64,000 bases of DNA from Trichosphaerium sp. ATCC 40318. Its lineage: Eukaryota > Protista > Tubulinea. A model generated the notes under the pieces. It had not been told where the DNA came from. It was given only the letters and a program-made list of their open reading frames with translations, and searched no databases. Below are positions 10,983 to 23,201 of the stretch, in pieces. The DNA lies in contig JALMLS010000376.1 in the NCBI GenBank assembly GCA_038496445.1, positions 186,001-250,000 of the forward strand, read 5' to 3'. Position numbers and translations under genes: made by a program. How positions within the stretch are numbered: position 1 is the stretch's first letter; each line of letters opens with the position of its first letter.

Positions 10983-12575
10983 ATGGCAGACAAGAGCGTA
11001 GAAGCCAAGTAAATACGCATGAACATTCTCTTTTTTTCTAAGTTTACGTAGAGTTGGAGAAGCTGTGCTAAAGAGTGGCGTTGGGCAAGATATCGCAAAG
11101 TCTGTAGCAAAGAAGGAAGCTAATAGTACATACAACCTAGTTTTGGTTTACAATTATCATAACCGCTCTAGATCTGCGTACAGCGGCCAAAAACCACTTT
11201 TGGAGCTACAAATGGCACTACCTTGGCATAGCCATATACTTAGCAGCTTGTTTAGTCGTTTTAGTCGTACGGTTTGGCATTTTAGCGAATTTAGTAATAA
11301 ACCATTTCATAGGTACATACTATAGCGTGTCCTAAAGGAGAGGCATGTAATAACAGTTTATGGTACGTGACACCTTGAATTAAAAGAAAAACCAAAAAAA
11401 CCGAAAACTGAAACTGACAGCACTAATTTATACCTAGGCGCTATGGTATTCGCCCAAGAAAAGCCATAGGTACAACAGAAAGAGAACACGCGCAAATTTT
11501 TTTTTTTTTAACTTTTATTCAAACGAAAAGGACTCATTGGGCTTCCTGTCGGTGTATTACTTGTTTCAACGTGGCTTGGACTTGTTTTTTTAATATTGAT
11601 AATGCCATGGTTAGCCATACGCATTATGATGAAAGGCACGTGGTCAGTATAGTTAACTATATTTAAGCGCGTAGGCACATGCCTTCTTTAATTTAAATTG
11701 TGTACTTTATTTAACTTTATCAAAGGGTTAATTGAGTTCTTTGTTGTGTTGGCATTCATAAGTTCTGCGGGTGGATTGTTTATATGGGGAATTGGTAGAC
11801 AGTGAGGAAAAAGCCAGTGAAGATCACGCTGACGCTTAGTTAGGACATATGGCGCAAACAACATTGAGCTTGTACATCCCAATATTCCAGTGCGTTTGAT
11901 TAGCTTTATTTTCTCTTGCTTTGTTTGTTAACATTAGCACAAGGCTATTGGGTTTGCAACCTACTTGATTACAGCAGATTTGATAAAGTATGGTCTCAAT
12001 TGGGCAGCCTTACTTCGTAATGCTATTATCAATTTTGTGCTACTGGTTGTTATTGTTGCTTCTTCTTTTGGGAGTGTCGCTACATGCACGTGCATCGTTA
12101 CTATTCAAAGAACGTAGTTCCTTACATTTAATATTTAGTATCTTGGGAAGGATTCATTGGGCATGGTTTATCTGGTATTGGTTTTGCTTTTTTGTGGCAC
12201 TTCTTCGGGACGCGATATATTTATCCATGTACTAGAAAATTTAGCAGAATTTTTTGTTTTCCCTTTACTTTATTTATTGTTAATTAATTAGTCTGCCATT
12301 CTTGTTTTGTCAAAATTGGAGATACATGTTGTGGAAAGAAAGGAAGTGTTCCTGACGACCTGACAGTGAGTTTCGGTTTTGTATGTTGGACATACTGACT
12401 GTTGAAATAGGAAGTTGTAGAAGATGATGATTTGCCTGTTGGTGAAAATAGCGAAATTGATGACGACGATACAGTCATATCACTAGATGATAGAGATGCT
12501 AGGGATGCTGCAAAATTAACTGTACAGTGTCAGTTTTTTTTTTGACGGTTAATTTTTCATTAGGCAGGTGTTTGA
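10983..12575 (+). CDS. Rhomboid-like multi-pass membrane protein, apparently catalytically dead, with a Cys-rich and acidic C-tail
   Basis: Spliced YGIRPRKAIGLIG...IMMKGLIEFFVVLAFISSAGGLFIWGIGR...SWEGFIGHGLSG resembles bacterial-type rhomboids, but GxSG is missing; tail exons CHSCFVKIGDTCCGKK and EVVEDDDLP...KLTAGV*. Confidence 0.6.
11636..11725 (+). other. GC-AG intron (rhomboid-like gene)
   Basis: AAAG|gcacgt...caaag|GG gives MKGLIEFF; all nearby GT donors lead to stops. Confidence 0.7.
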
Positions 12576-12827
12576 GCGCTAACAAGTGAACCAAAACAAT
12601 TTGACCAATTCAAAAAAAAAGAGAAAGAAAGAAAACTGTAGAATAAATTTGTAATCGCATGCATGCCATGGTAACGTGTACAAGTAGTAATTTTGAAGTA
12701 CCAAGATACTCTTAAGCGATAAAACGTACCACGACAACCTAGTAGCAAAAAAAGATTTTGGATTTTATATCCACATAATATCCACAAAGTCAGCTGTATT
12801 CAAAGGCACTTTTCTACGTGTAATGCA

Positions 12828-13524
12828 ATGGCTGCATACTTAAAAAAACTATATAATGCTGCCACAGAAAAGGAATGGCGGATAGCGCTCACTGGGATGG
12901 AAAGCGTTGGTGTAAACGAAGTATTGATGTCTATGGTACCAGAGCTCAGAAATTCAGTATTAACCTGCACTACTTGTTGTGGTGTACAAACAGAGTTCTC
13001 ATCCAAACCATTTTTTGTCTACGTGTACGTTTCAGCAAACTTAAAGGCTCTCACTGATGTACTAAAATTGTTTTAAGTTTAACCCAAAATCCAGTAGAAA
13101 GACAACATAGTGCACTTCACTATGCGGTTTATAAACTCTGTCGTGGTGTAATTTATGTGGTAGACTCTGTAGATACATCCAAGCTAGATGACAGTACAAT
13201 GACCTTTTGTTTGCATATCATTAACTGTTATGATAGGTGCTCTTGCTTTTCAAAAATTGCTAAGACTTGATGAACTAAAAGATGCTGTGTTTTTGGTGCT
13301 TTCAAAAACTCAAGACGTAAGGACTATTGTACTTGTTTAAAGATAACAAATACATCTTCAAGGATAATGAAAAAGCGATGTCTGTAAAGGAAATAGGTGA
13401 GAGGTTTGGATTGGATGCTGTAACCTCACATGAATGTCATATCATTAGTTTTAGTGCTAGCTCTTCAAATGATGATTTGAACAAAGGATGGGAATGGCTA
13501 GTCAGTGTATTAACTGTATTCTAG
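12828..13524 (+). CDS. Degenerate Arf-family (Arl-like) protein, probable pseudoGTPase
   Basis: KEWRIALTGMESVGVNE, GVIYVVDSVDTSKLD, LDELKDAVFLVLSKTQD, AMSVKEIGERFGL, SASSSNDDLNKGWEWL follow the Arf scaffold; 3 introns. Confidence 0.75.
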
Positions 13525-13771
13525 TACATGATTGTTAAATATATTTCCTACAAGAGTGGGGAAACTACATTGTTTATTGTACAATCTAAAAGTATTTTGA
13601 ATCAAAAACTTTAGTAACTATTTTTTTTCTCTTTTTTTTCTTTTGGATTTTTTTTACTTTTTGTTGGCTTCTCTTTATCATATACTTTTATTTTCTATAT
13701 ACATTGTAGTGTTTGGTTTATCACAGCTACCCAACGACGTCTTAATTTTTTTTAGCATTAGTAGTGGTTCT

Positions 13772-14587
13772 CTAATTTGAAACACGCACTCTCATTACTC
13801 TCTTGTTTTCAATTGGTGGTTTTCCGTTTGAAACACTTACTCTTATCAGCCTCTTGTCTGGTCTCGGTGGTGATTTTCCGTTTGTAATACTTACTCTCGT
13901 TGCTCTTTTATTTTCTAATGGTGGTGGGGTTCTAAATGAACCAGATCGTGGTCTTGTCCTAAGAAGCTGGGCTCTACCGTTTTTGGACTAAAATAAAAGA
14001 CAAATCAACATCTAAGTCGACTTTATCGGCATTAAGCTCACCACATTCTTAACCAACACGTGTCTTATAGCAAGAAACCACGTTTCTACTTCTTTTTTAT
14101 CAAGTGAACCAAAATAAAACGTATCCTAGTAAAGTAAGTTGATTGAAAAAAAAGGGAGCACAAATGTACAATTATAAAAAACTTTTGAGAAGACGTACTT
14201 CAGAAAGCCCAATAATAAGACGATTTTGTCCAACGCCACTGTGTGAGTAATCTCTATATTCCATAGATAAATAACAATTGTTGGCTATAGTTAAGACGCC
14301 TAAAGGTTCTTCACCAGCCTAATTATAACAAAAAATAAGCTGATTTGAAGTAGAAATCTAAGAAGAAAAAAAAGCAATCATATCCAACGCACCTCATCCG
14401 ATTTAGAGTACGCTAATTTACCATCTAAATCAAAAAAAAACTATTGTCAGAAATTTCTATCTTTAAAATAGATCACGTGGTATAGAAACGTACTATGCAT
14501 GAGTTGTAGGTAACGTCTCTTCCAGTTTTTGCCTCTTTTTTTTTTCATCATGAACCCATCCAAAATACAATCAGTGCCTACCCTCAT
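13772..14587 (-). CDS. Small PH-domain protein with a basic repeated C-tail
   Basis: ILDGFMMKKKRGKNWKRRYLQL...LAYSKSDE...PLGVLTI...FYFGSLDKKEVETWFLAIRHVL, followed by ~3 copies of (N/D)KRxxRVSxxNGKxPP. Confidence 0.75.
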
Positions 14588-14981
14588 GGTCAATAAAGCG
14601 GTTACGAAGTGTTATAAAAGCGATAACACCAATGTAAAACATAGAAGTGATTTTTTTTCAAAAATATGAATACATTGAATGCAGTGAGCGCCTAGCAATG
14701 TTGTCTTATTTTACAGAAAAAGTTAATTCAGAAACAATCGTTATTTCTCGAGATTAATCAAGTTCGATTGAATAAATAACTCCCACGCACCCAAAGTGGT
14801 CATTCACATGGAGTTTAATAAGTAACAAATGTAATAAAAACCACGAGTCACGTGGTGGAAAGCGAAACGTTACAATTTTTTTTCTTTTTTCATGAAGTCA
14901 AGATGCTTCACGCTTGATAATAGCATGAAAACTGACGTACTGTAACTCTAGGTAGTACACTTTTATTAAATGCAAATCCTT

Positions 14982-16314
14982 CTATACTTCTATAGAAGGC
15001 TTTTCTGGCGTTACCTCTGGCACACAGGGCTTTACAGTAGGTTCAAGAGCTACGTAATCGATCATGAGACCGTATCTAGGTTATTTTTTTAACGATGATC
15101 ACAGGTAAATGTGAATACGTACTTCCAATCAAGGTGTGCTTGTTCTATAGATACAAATACTTCACAGTGAGCGGTGGGTACATGTATTGTACCTACGTCT
15201 AAATCGAACCAGTTGTCTAAAAGTTACCTCAATAAAGAAACCAAACCAATGTTTTGTTGTGATTAAAAAATGTACTTATGGTCTTTCCTGCTGTTGCTGG
15301 TATCCAATGAAACACATGATAACTATCACAAAATTTTCTGGAATGGTGTTACATAATTGAGTAAACTACTATTACGTACTCTCCTTTTTGTGGCTCAGCT
15401 TCTAAATACGACTTCTTTTTTAGGTTAGGTCGTGGATTTACTTTTGCGCTAAACTGCATTGTCCCAAGCTCAAAATCTGGCGCTAGTTTTAATCTCCATA
15501 CTATTTTATACCACCCAGGAGACCAGACGTTCAAACTACCTGTAATCAAGCTTAATAACAATTGGTTTTTCTTGAAGATAAAAAAATACCTTCAACAAGT
15601 ATTCTATTCATCTCTCTGATATGTAGCACGGCCTTACCAACGCTATCATAATCGTTCACCATAGACGCTACAATAGATTTAGCTATTAACCTCATGTGGT
15701 ACTTCATAATGAGGCTCAGACACTAACCTTGAACAATTTTTGTAGTTGGATTCTTGGCCATTAAATGTAAGATAAAGAATGACGTCCTCCTGCGTTTACG
15801 GCGCTGGTTGTGTTCCTTATTACGCCTTTTTCGCTTTCCTGGTCTAGCACAGCAACTGGCTAGACAACGCTTGGCCTCATCTACTTGGGAGGTTAACAAA
15901 ACTAAGAGCTGTGCGCACGTACACAGGCTGATATACAAGTTGCGCACGTTTGAGTGTGCTCTCCGCGCATCTTCGTTGATTGTGAAGTGGTTAGAAATCA
16001 ACGAGCTCCACAGCAGGCGTTGACCAGAGGACGGCAAGTTACATACTTGACGTAAGGTACTGCTTGCCTACATTCGCCCTGTAAGCAAGATAACGAATGA
16101 CAATTGTAACAGGTCACACAAAACGAGTCAATACCACTCACGCACCTCACTCAGAGCGCATACATCAGCTGCAGACATGCCATAGCCACAAACGTGAGCT
16201 GTACAAAGTTACACTTTTCTAATTCTGCAAATTAGCGTACCTATAACTTCACAAGGAAGCGAATGTAGCGCCTAAGGCCATTAGAATAAATTTAACTAGT
16301 GACGTTCATACCAT
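14982..16314 (-). CDS. F-box protein with a C-terminal PP2 (phloem protein 2)-like lectin domain
   Basis: MALHSLPCEVIAHVCGYGMSAADVCALSE (F-box); PGWYKIVWRLKL, WFDLDVGTIHV, DWKYGLMIDYVALEP (PP2-like). Confidence 0.65.
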
Positions 16315-16431
16315 GTACAACCACAGTGATAATAGATGGCGTGGTAGTTGTAAATATGCGTAAACGGTTCACCTCAGGCGAGCAACAGTAATATTGCTGA
16401 AGTCAATTCTATTCTGGCGTACAGTGCTGAA

Positions 16432-17768
16432 ATGGCAACCCCTAAAGCACGGTTTTTTAGCTCGTACCTACTAACGTCATTGGATGTCCCTCGATATAAG
16501 AATTTCACTTACGTTGGTACGTTACAAAAAATTCCGCACTTTTTTTGCTAATAAGTTGTCCAAAGGCTTCACCACACATCCCAAACGCAGAATACGCCAA
16601 CATAACGGTGAAATTAAAGGTGGAGCCGTTTACACATCTACCAAACGACCCTGGTCAGTTATTTCGCCGAAAATACAATCTTAACATACTCTACAGGGAA
16701 ATGGTCGTAGTTGTATACGGTTTACCAACAAAAGCACTCGCACTGTCTTTTGAGTGGTCGTGGCAACATCCAAACGAAGCAAAAGGCATACGGGAGCGAC
16801 TACAACGCCTCAAAATAGGCAACACTCATAAATTACGCGGTAGAATTCGGTGCGCATATTTTAACCACCCTGCAGTTACTTATGCAGTCTATTGTCTCCT
16901 TTTTTTGGCGCGCTAAGCTGGTTTTTTGAATCCTGATTTTTGAATAGTATTTTGTTTGAGCTTCTTCAAACATCTCCATGGAACAAACTACCGCTAACAG
17001 TACACTGGACAACCGATAAATACCATTCCTTTCTAGAAAAATGCCCTCCATTACCAAGAAACCTTAGGTACTTTACACTCTAATAACCATCAAATACACA
17101 TCCCGTAACGTTGTTATAGAACAACCATAGCACCGCTCGATGAAATATATATTTACAAGCTTGGTAACCAAGAACTTCTAGAGTTGACTGACCTTGATGG
17201 TACAAAGCCAAAGGAGCTCCATTCTCTTGAAGTTGTCTAATGTTTTTTATGACGTAGATGATGTTTTGCACATTATACCATCGTGTATCTTATGCAAGGA
17301 TGTCATAGAAGGATATAGCCTGCAATGTGATCATTTGAACTGCGCAATGAGAGCTCATATACGCTGTTTGTCTGGGTAAGTACCAATTACGCCAAAAATG
17401 TGTAAACATCTGAAGTTCTTGCTAATACCGTCCCAGTTGGTTTTTAAAAGATAAAAAAGATACATTAATGCCATCTGGTGGAAGGTGTCCAGAGTGTAAT
17501 GGAACCTTGGATTGGTCAAGTACGTGTCAAAACAAGTTACATAAGACATTAACATCAACCATTAGGATTGATCGCCACAAAGAAGGTTGTTATGCCTCCA
17601 ACTCAGTATGATGACCTACCCGACAGTGTTCTTTCTGATTACGAGCCGCTTAGTCCTCTAGCGGATGTATCAAACAAAATAAACAACCCACACAAGCGGT
17701 CTTCGAAAAGTGATGGTGTAAATAATACCCGAGCTAAGAGATCGCGGATTGTGCTCGATCTACTGTAA
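16432..17768 (+). CDS. SLX1: Structure-specific endonuclease SLX1 (GIY-YIG + Zn finger)
   Basis: SYLLTS...[47 protein letters not shown]-terminal CILC...C...H..C...GRCPEC. Confidence 0.92.
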
Positions 17769-17922
17769 ACTACAAAAACCTTTGTAAAATAGATAAAAAT
17801 GTACATAATCGACAAGGCTGCTTAACCTTCGCATATCAAATATTATTTATTTTAAACGGCATTGTTGTTTGTAGCATTGTCGCTTTATCCGGTAATTTTC
17901 TCAGTACGTTGTGGTAGCAATC

Positions 17923-20209
17923 ATGGCAACCAAAATGAAAAAAAGAAAGGGACCAAAGGCTCCAAGTACGCGTTTTTTTACGTATTAGACCATCAATTAA
18001 CCAAATAAAGAGCGTAAGGTCGATCAGGCTCAGGCTTACGTAAAAACAATCGCCGATGTTGTAACTGAGTTGATTAAAACGTATAAACAAGGTCAGCAGT
18101 TACAGAAATTAAAATAACCTAAAAAGTAACAGGCAAACCCTTTAACTTGAATTCAACTGGCCTGGCGTGTGCCCGTCGCAATCACTGCTCAAAACAACCA
18201 AAAAGAATTGAAATTATTGCTGCCATTCCAGAAGAATACAAAAAGGTCCTCATACCCATTATAAAAGCGAAGCCAGTGCGCACAGCATCAGGGGTACAAT
18301 TACGTTCAATAACACAATTACCAACTCTCGTTAGATCGCCGTAGTAGCAGTAATGTGCAAACCACATCGTTGTCCTCACATTGCAATGACTGGAAACGTT
18401 TGCGTGTACGTTTAAACCAAAAAACCCTTAAACGCCTCGAAAACAACCCACATATAGTTATTACGCGTACTGACACCCTATCAAGCTATTGTCCGGGTGG
18501 TCCAGACTCAGACTTTGAATACAGTACACAAGCATACACTGGATACGAACCAACGTCAATGCGTGCTATTAGAGCCCGTTACAACCCATACCTACAAACA
18601 AGAAACCGTGTAGATCAATTGACACGCCTGGGACACGCTGTAGATAAAGTAGAATTTATTCTTATGGGAGGAACATTCATGTCACTACCAGCAGATTACC
18701 GTGATTACTTTATAAGAAATCTACATGATGCATTATCAGGACATAGCTCTAATAACGTAGCTGAGGCTGTAAAGTATGGTGAGCAGTCTAATACAAAGTG
18801 TATTGGTCTTACAATAGAGACACGTCCTGATTATTGTTTGAAGCCTCATTTGACACAAATGTTAATGTATGTGTACCTTATTTTAGCTCTTCATCATTTT
18901 TTGAGTGCTGTGGTGTTGTAGGATTTACTGACATATTTTTTTTAACTAGATATGGTTGTACACGTTTAGAAATTGGTGTACAATCTGTATATGAGGATGT
19001 AGCACGTGATACTAATAGAGGACATACTGTTCGCGCTGTACAAGAGTGTTTCCATTTGGCAAAGGATTCTGGGTTTAAGGTTATTGCGCATATGATGCCT
19101 GATTTGCCTAACACTGGATGGGAACGCGATTTGAACGGATTTAAGGTAATGTTTTTTTACCGTAGACTTCTGGTTTTTTCTGACGTTTTGGTTTAAAGGA
19201 GTACTTTGAGAATCCAGGATTCCGTTCTGATGGTCTTAAAATTTATCCAACACTTGTTATCCGTGGTACTGGACTTTATGAGCTTTGGAAAACTGGTAAA
19301 TATAAGAATTATCATCCAGATGAGTTAGTTGGTATGTCATTCTTCTTTTTGATGACTTCTTGTCTAACGCCTCGGTATAGACTTGATTGCTAAACTTTTG
19401 GCTCTGGTACCACCATGGACACGTATTTACAGGATACAACGTGATATACCAATGCCTCTCGTGTCATCTGGTGTGGAATACGGTAACTTGAGGCAACTAT
19501 GCCTTAAAAGAATGGACGACTTGGGTTTGAAATGCCGAGATGTTAGAACACGTGAAGTCGGCATTAAAGATATTCATCATAAAGTACAACCAGATCAAGT
19601 CGAGCTTATACGTAGGGATTATGTAGCTAATGGTGGATGGGAGACATTTTTGTCTTATGAGGATCCAGAGCAAGATATCTTGATTGGTCTTTTACGTCTT
19701 CGTAAAACAAGTGACCAAGCATTTAGACCAGAACTTAAAGGTAACACTGCAATTGTCCGCGAATTGCACGTGTATGGTACGTTCTTTTTTTGTCCTCTTT
19801 GTTCCACACTAGAACCGAGTGTTTGCTTGTGTATAGTATCGTAGTAGTACACAAAACAAGTTGTTACCTACCAATGCTATTTTTTTTTTTCAATTTGGTG
19901 GAGCAAAATAACTCGTCCTCTCGTTACTTTTTTTTGGTGGTGTAATCGATTTTTTAAGGTACTGCCATTCCTATTCATGGAAGAGATAACTCCAAATTTC
20001 AACATCAAGGGTTTGGTTCTTTGCTCATGGAAGAAGCAGAGCGTATTGCAAGGGAAGAATATGGTGCAACAAAACTTGCTGTAATCTCCGGTGTTGGCGT
20101 ACGCCACTATTATCGCAAACTTGGCTACGGTATGCCCCCTTTTGTTATAGATCACGGGTTTGACTGTTTTTTAGAGCTTGATGGACCATATATGGCAAAG
20201 GAGTTGTAA
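17923..20209 (+). CDS. ELP3: Elongator complex protein 3 (radical SAM + acetyltransferase)
   Basis: [77 protein letters not shown]. Confidence 0.97.
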
Positions 20210-20840
20210 GAACATGTTAATAAGTAAAACTCTGTATAGATTTAGCGCCTTACAACGCTATTAACAAAAATGCTTATGTAAATGTCATTTTGACTTTTTG
20301 GGTATTTTGTGCACGTGAAAACTACAAAAATGATCTGATCTATGGCTCCCCAGATGAGTTGGCGTAAATCCTACCTACAACACAAACGTTAGTTTTGCTC
20401 CAGGATCCGGAGTACGGAGGAATTGTTTGAAAGCTCTAGACTAGAGTTCTCCATAGTTTTCATTTTTACGAGAATGATCTTTTATGCTGTGTAGTTTTTG
20501 GAAGCCATGGTCTTGGCCATACAGGCTGTCTGTTCTCAGTGTTTTTTGTTACTACGACATTTACGGCCAAGTCTGTTGAAACGAATTTAAAGAAATTGGC
20601 CATGTTCTAAATTACTTCTTTTCTGACGCGTTTTCCGTGATTATGTTCGCGACTTAGTTAAGCTCTCGGTTCACGTGGGCTAAATGCTGTTTGTATTATT
20701 TGTGTTACCTTATAATAGTGCACAACTGGAGCGCAATGCTGCAGTTATTATTTTCACAGGGATATCGTCATTGTGAATGAGTACCCACTATTGTAGAACG
20801 CTTTCCGACACACAACATCAAGTATCAGAATATTGTAAAA

Positions 20841-21401
20841 ATGACAGCCAACATATGGTTCCCCGAAGAAGCAGAGGAATTAAAACGCAAGAAAAAGAAG
20901 AAATCATCAAAAATAGCAAAGCGAAGGAAACACGAAAGGTGCGTTTTTGTCTATGGGTATCCAACTCTTTTAATAACATATGCTTTAATAGACTAGCATG
21001 GAGTACTCCTGTCACCGTTACCGACTATAAGACGACTAGGCTGCGTGCACTTGCTTCAGAATACAACACAATACATAACAAAGTCGAGAGGCCAAAGCTA
21101 GACTTGCGGAACATGTACAATGCGCTTCCACCTCCTCCAAAACAAAAATATAAATCTGGCGATACTGTGTACAAGAAACCTAAACGACAAAGACGCCATG
21201 TTAGGGCGTTTAGTGCAAGTCAAGCACTACCAAAACCAAAAAAAAAAAAGAAGAGGTAAGTTGTAATCACGTGTTAATGTAGGTATTCTTACTAATAATA
21301 TTCGTAGGAGACCACAATCAATATACTTGGAGTATACAAAGAAAAACTCAAAACCACGTAAGCCTCCAGGATACTCAGAGGAATACGTAGAAAAAATGTA
21401 A
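20841..21401 (+). CDS. Hypothetical Lys/Arg-rich protein
   Basis: Three exons join in phase through GT-AG introns (MTANIWFPEEAEELKRKKKKK...EEYVEKM*); no recognisable domain; start uncertain. Confidence 0.5.
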
Positions 21402-21599
21402 ATAACAAAAAAGCTACATGCAATTGAATATTGTCTATGAACGTGTTTGTTTAATTGTTCAGAGTATTGACAGTTTTCATACTTTACTCCTTTTAGAGAA
21501 CAAAAAATTCTGTATTTTCACGTGAGCTTAAGTGTGGTGCGGTGTAATTAAGTCGAAAAAAAGGGTATTTGAGTTTATTTTTTCTTGGAACGCTTGTAA

Positions 21600-22789
21600 A
21601 TGCCGCCAAAGCGAATCAATGTTAAAGAGCGTAAGCGTGCTCAACAGAAAACGGACACTTACACCCCTTGTTAACGAAGAAGCGCCAAAAACTGTTTGAA
21701 ACGCTTAATGTGAACCCAAAACGCTTTCCTACTAAAACAGTAGCCTCCGATGATACAATTGCCAATATACTTACTAACCAAGTACGAGAGGTTCTCCAAT
21801 TCCTCATCTCAATGCCCTAGTGCACTGAAAGGGATCCATTAATATTCTACCAACTGATAAAGAAAGAAAACGTAATGTAAGTCCTTGCTAACTGAGTCAA
21901 TCTGACTTTTATTGACAGTGTAAAGAAAGTTATTTTGGCATTTGCAAATGGACTCGTGTACTATGCCCTGGGAGCTAGGAAATATCTCGGCATCTCAACA
22001 GCTAAGGTATCATTAACTTCAGCTCAGTTCCCTGATACAATGGTGTTCATACAAACAACATCACAACCGCAAAGTTAAAGCGGAACGTTGAACCGCAAAG
22101 TTAAAGCGGAACGTTGTACGTACACGTGATATTGATTCTAAAAGTTCTTACGCAAAGACTTCTAGAGTAGCATGGCAGGATAAAACACAACCAATGCAAT
22201 GTCCTCTTGTTGCTGACATCAAAACAGAGAAAGACCCAGCAGAGCCAAGTGTGGAGTTGCCTCTAGAAGAGCAGGTTATGAACTTGTCTGAAGCAAAAAC
22301 AAAGAATTTACTAAAACAATTATTCAAAAAAGAAACCCAGATGCTTTAGAGACAACAAAGAAACTACTTGAATCAGAAGGGAAATCATACTTGACAATAA
22401 ACCTCAATTTGAGTAAAATATTAGACATCTTTGCTGCAGAGATAGATTCCATCCATGAGTTTTTGATGGAAGAGTTCCATGCTTTTGGAGATACAGAAGA
22501 TATAATACCTTGCTATGTTGACTTTGAAATGAACAACCATCCTAGAGAAGATATAGACAAGTACAAAACGGATATTACTAGAGTGTATGAATCATTAAAA
22601 GGATGGAAAAGATGTGAATTGTCTGAAACAAATGATACAAAAATCCCACGGAATAGGCGTTTGGATTGCTTCGTAGATGACACAAGTAAAAATAAAATCG
22701 CATTCTTCTTTGGAAACGAAGGTGGCTTGGACGACGTGGAAGTAATACTTATGCAACTTGGAGGATTGGTAATGATTCTAGGTAACTAA
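21600..22789 (+). pseudogene. Orphan gene with an apparent frameshift at the A6 run (22326-22331); pseudogene or assembly error
   Basis: Exons splice in phase (KRQKLFETL...|CTERDPL...|VKKVIL...|TSRVAWQD...LKQLFKK) and then stop; the -1 frame continues RNPDALETTKK into ORF 22391-22789. Confidence 0.4.
22065..22116 (+). repeat. Perfect 26-bp tandem duplication (AACCGCAAAGTTAAAGCGGAACGTTG x2)
   Basis: Read directly: 22065-22090 equals 22091-22116. Confidence 0.95.
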
Positions 22790-23201
22790 ACAAAACCTCA
22801 AAGTTTGTTGTTTACAGTGACCATTGTTAGGTGTATATTGTGAACATCCGTTTGTATTTTGTAACGCCTTCACATATGAGAATAGTAAAGGCTCTGCAGA
22901 TTATCTAGGAATCGAACAAACGTAAACTCAAAGAAACTGTCTGAGAAAGCGATGAATTTGTTCGACTTATACATTTATGAGTATGAAGGATTGACTTAAT
23001 TAAGACTTGACACCACGCGCAGTAAGTATGGAGAGACACTATTTGGCACTATACAAACCACCCCCATTGTGTATTGTGTCTGATACTTGGTTTAACTTTT
23101 GGATAATAAATCCACTAACACCTGCAGGATAACTGATAGGTTTACTGCTAATGGAATAATGAAGTCAAGTGATTTCCTTTATTTTGTCATTATGGTTCTT
23201 T

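Noticed and set aside
12072-12138. Possible tenth GC-AG intron before the SWEG exon
   Set aside because: A GT donor (GGGA|gtgtcg) of the same phase gives GISWEG, so GC is not required.
12284-12478. Minus-strand Ser-rich ORF
   Set aside because: Antisense shadow of the acidic tail exons of the rhomboid-like gene.
16432-17768. GIY-YIG nuclease as a mobile or homing element
   Set aside because: Motifs and zinc finger match the housekeeping SLX1; it is intron-containing with no element ends.
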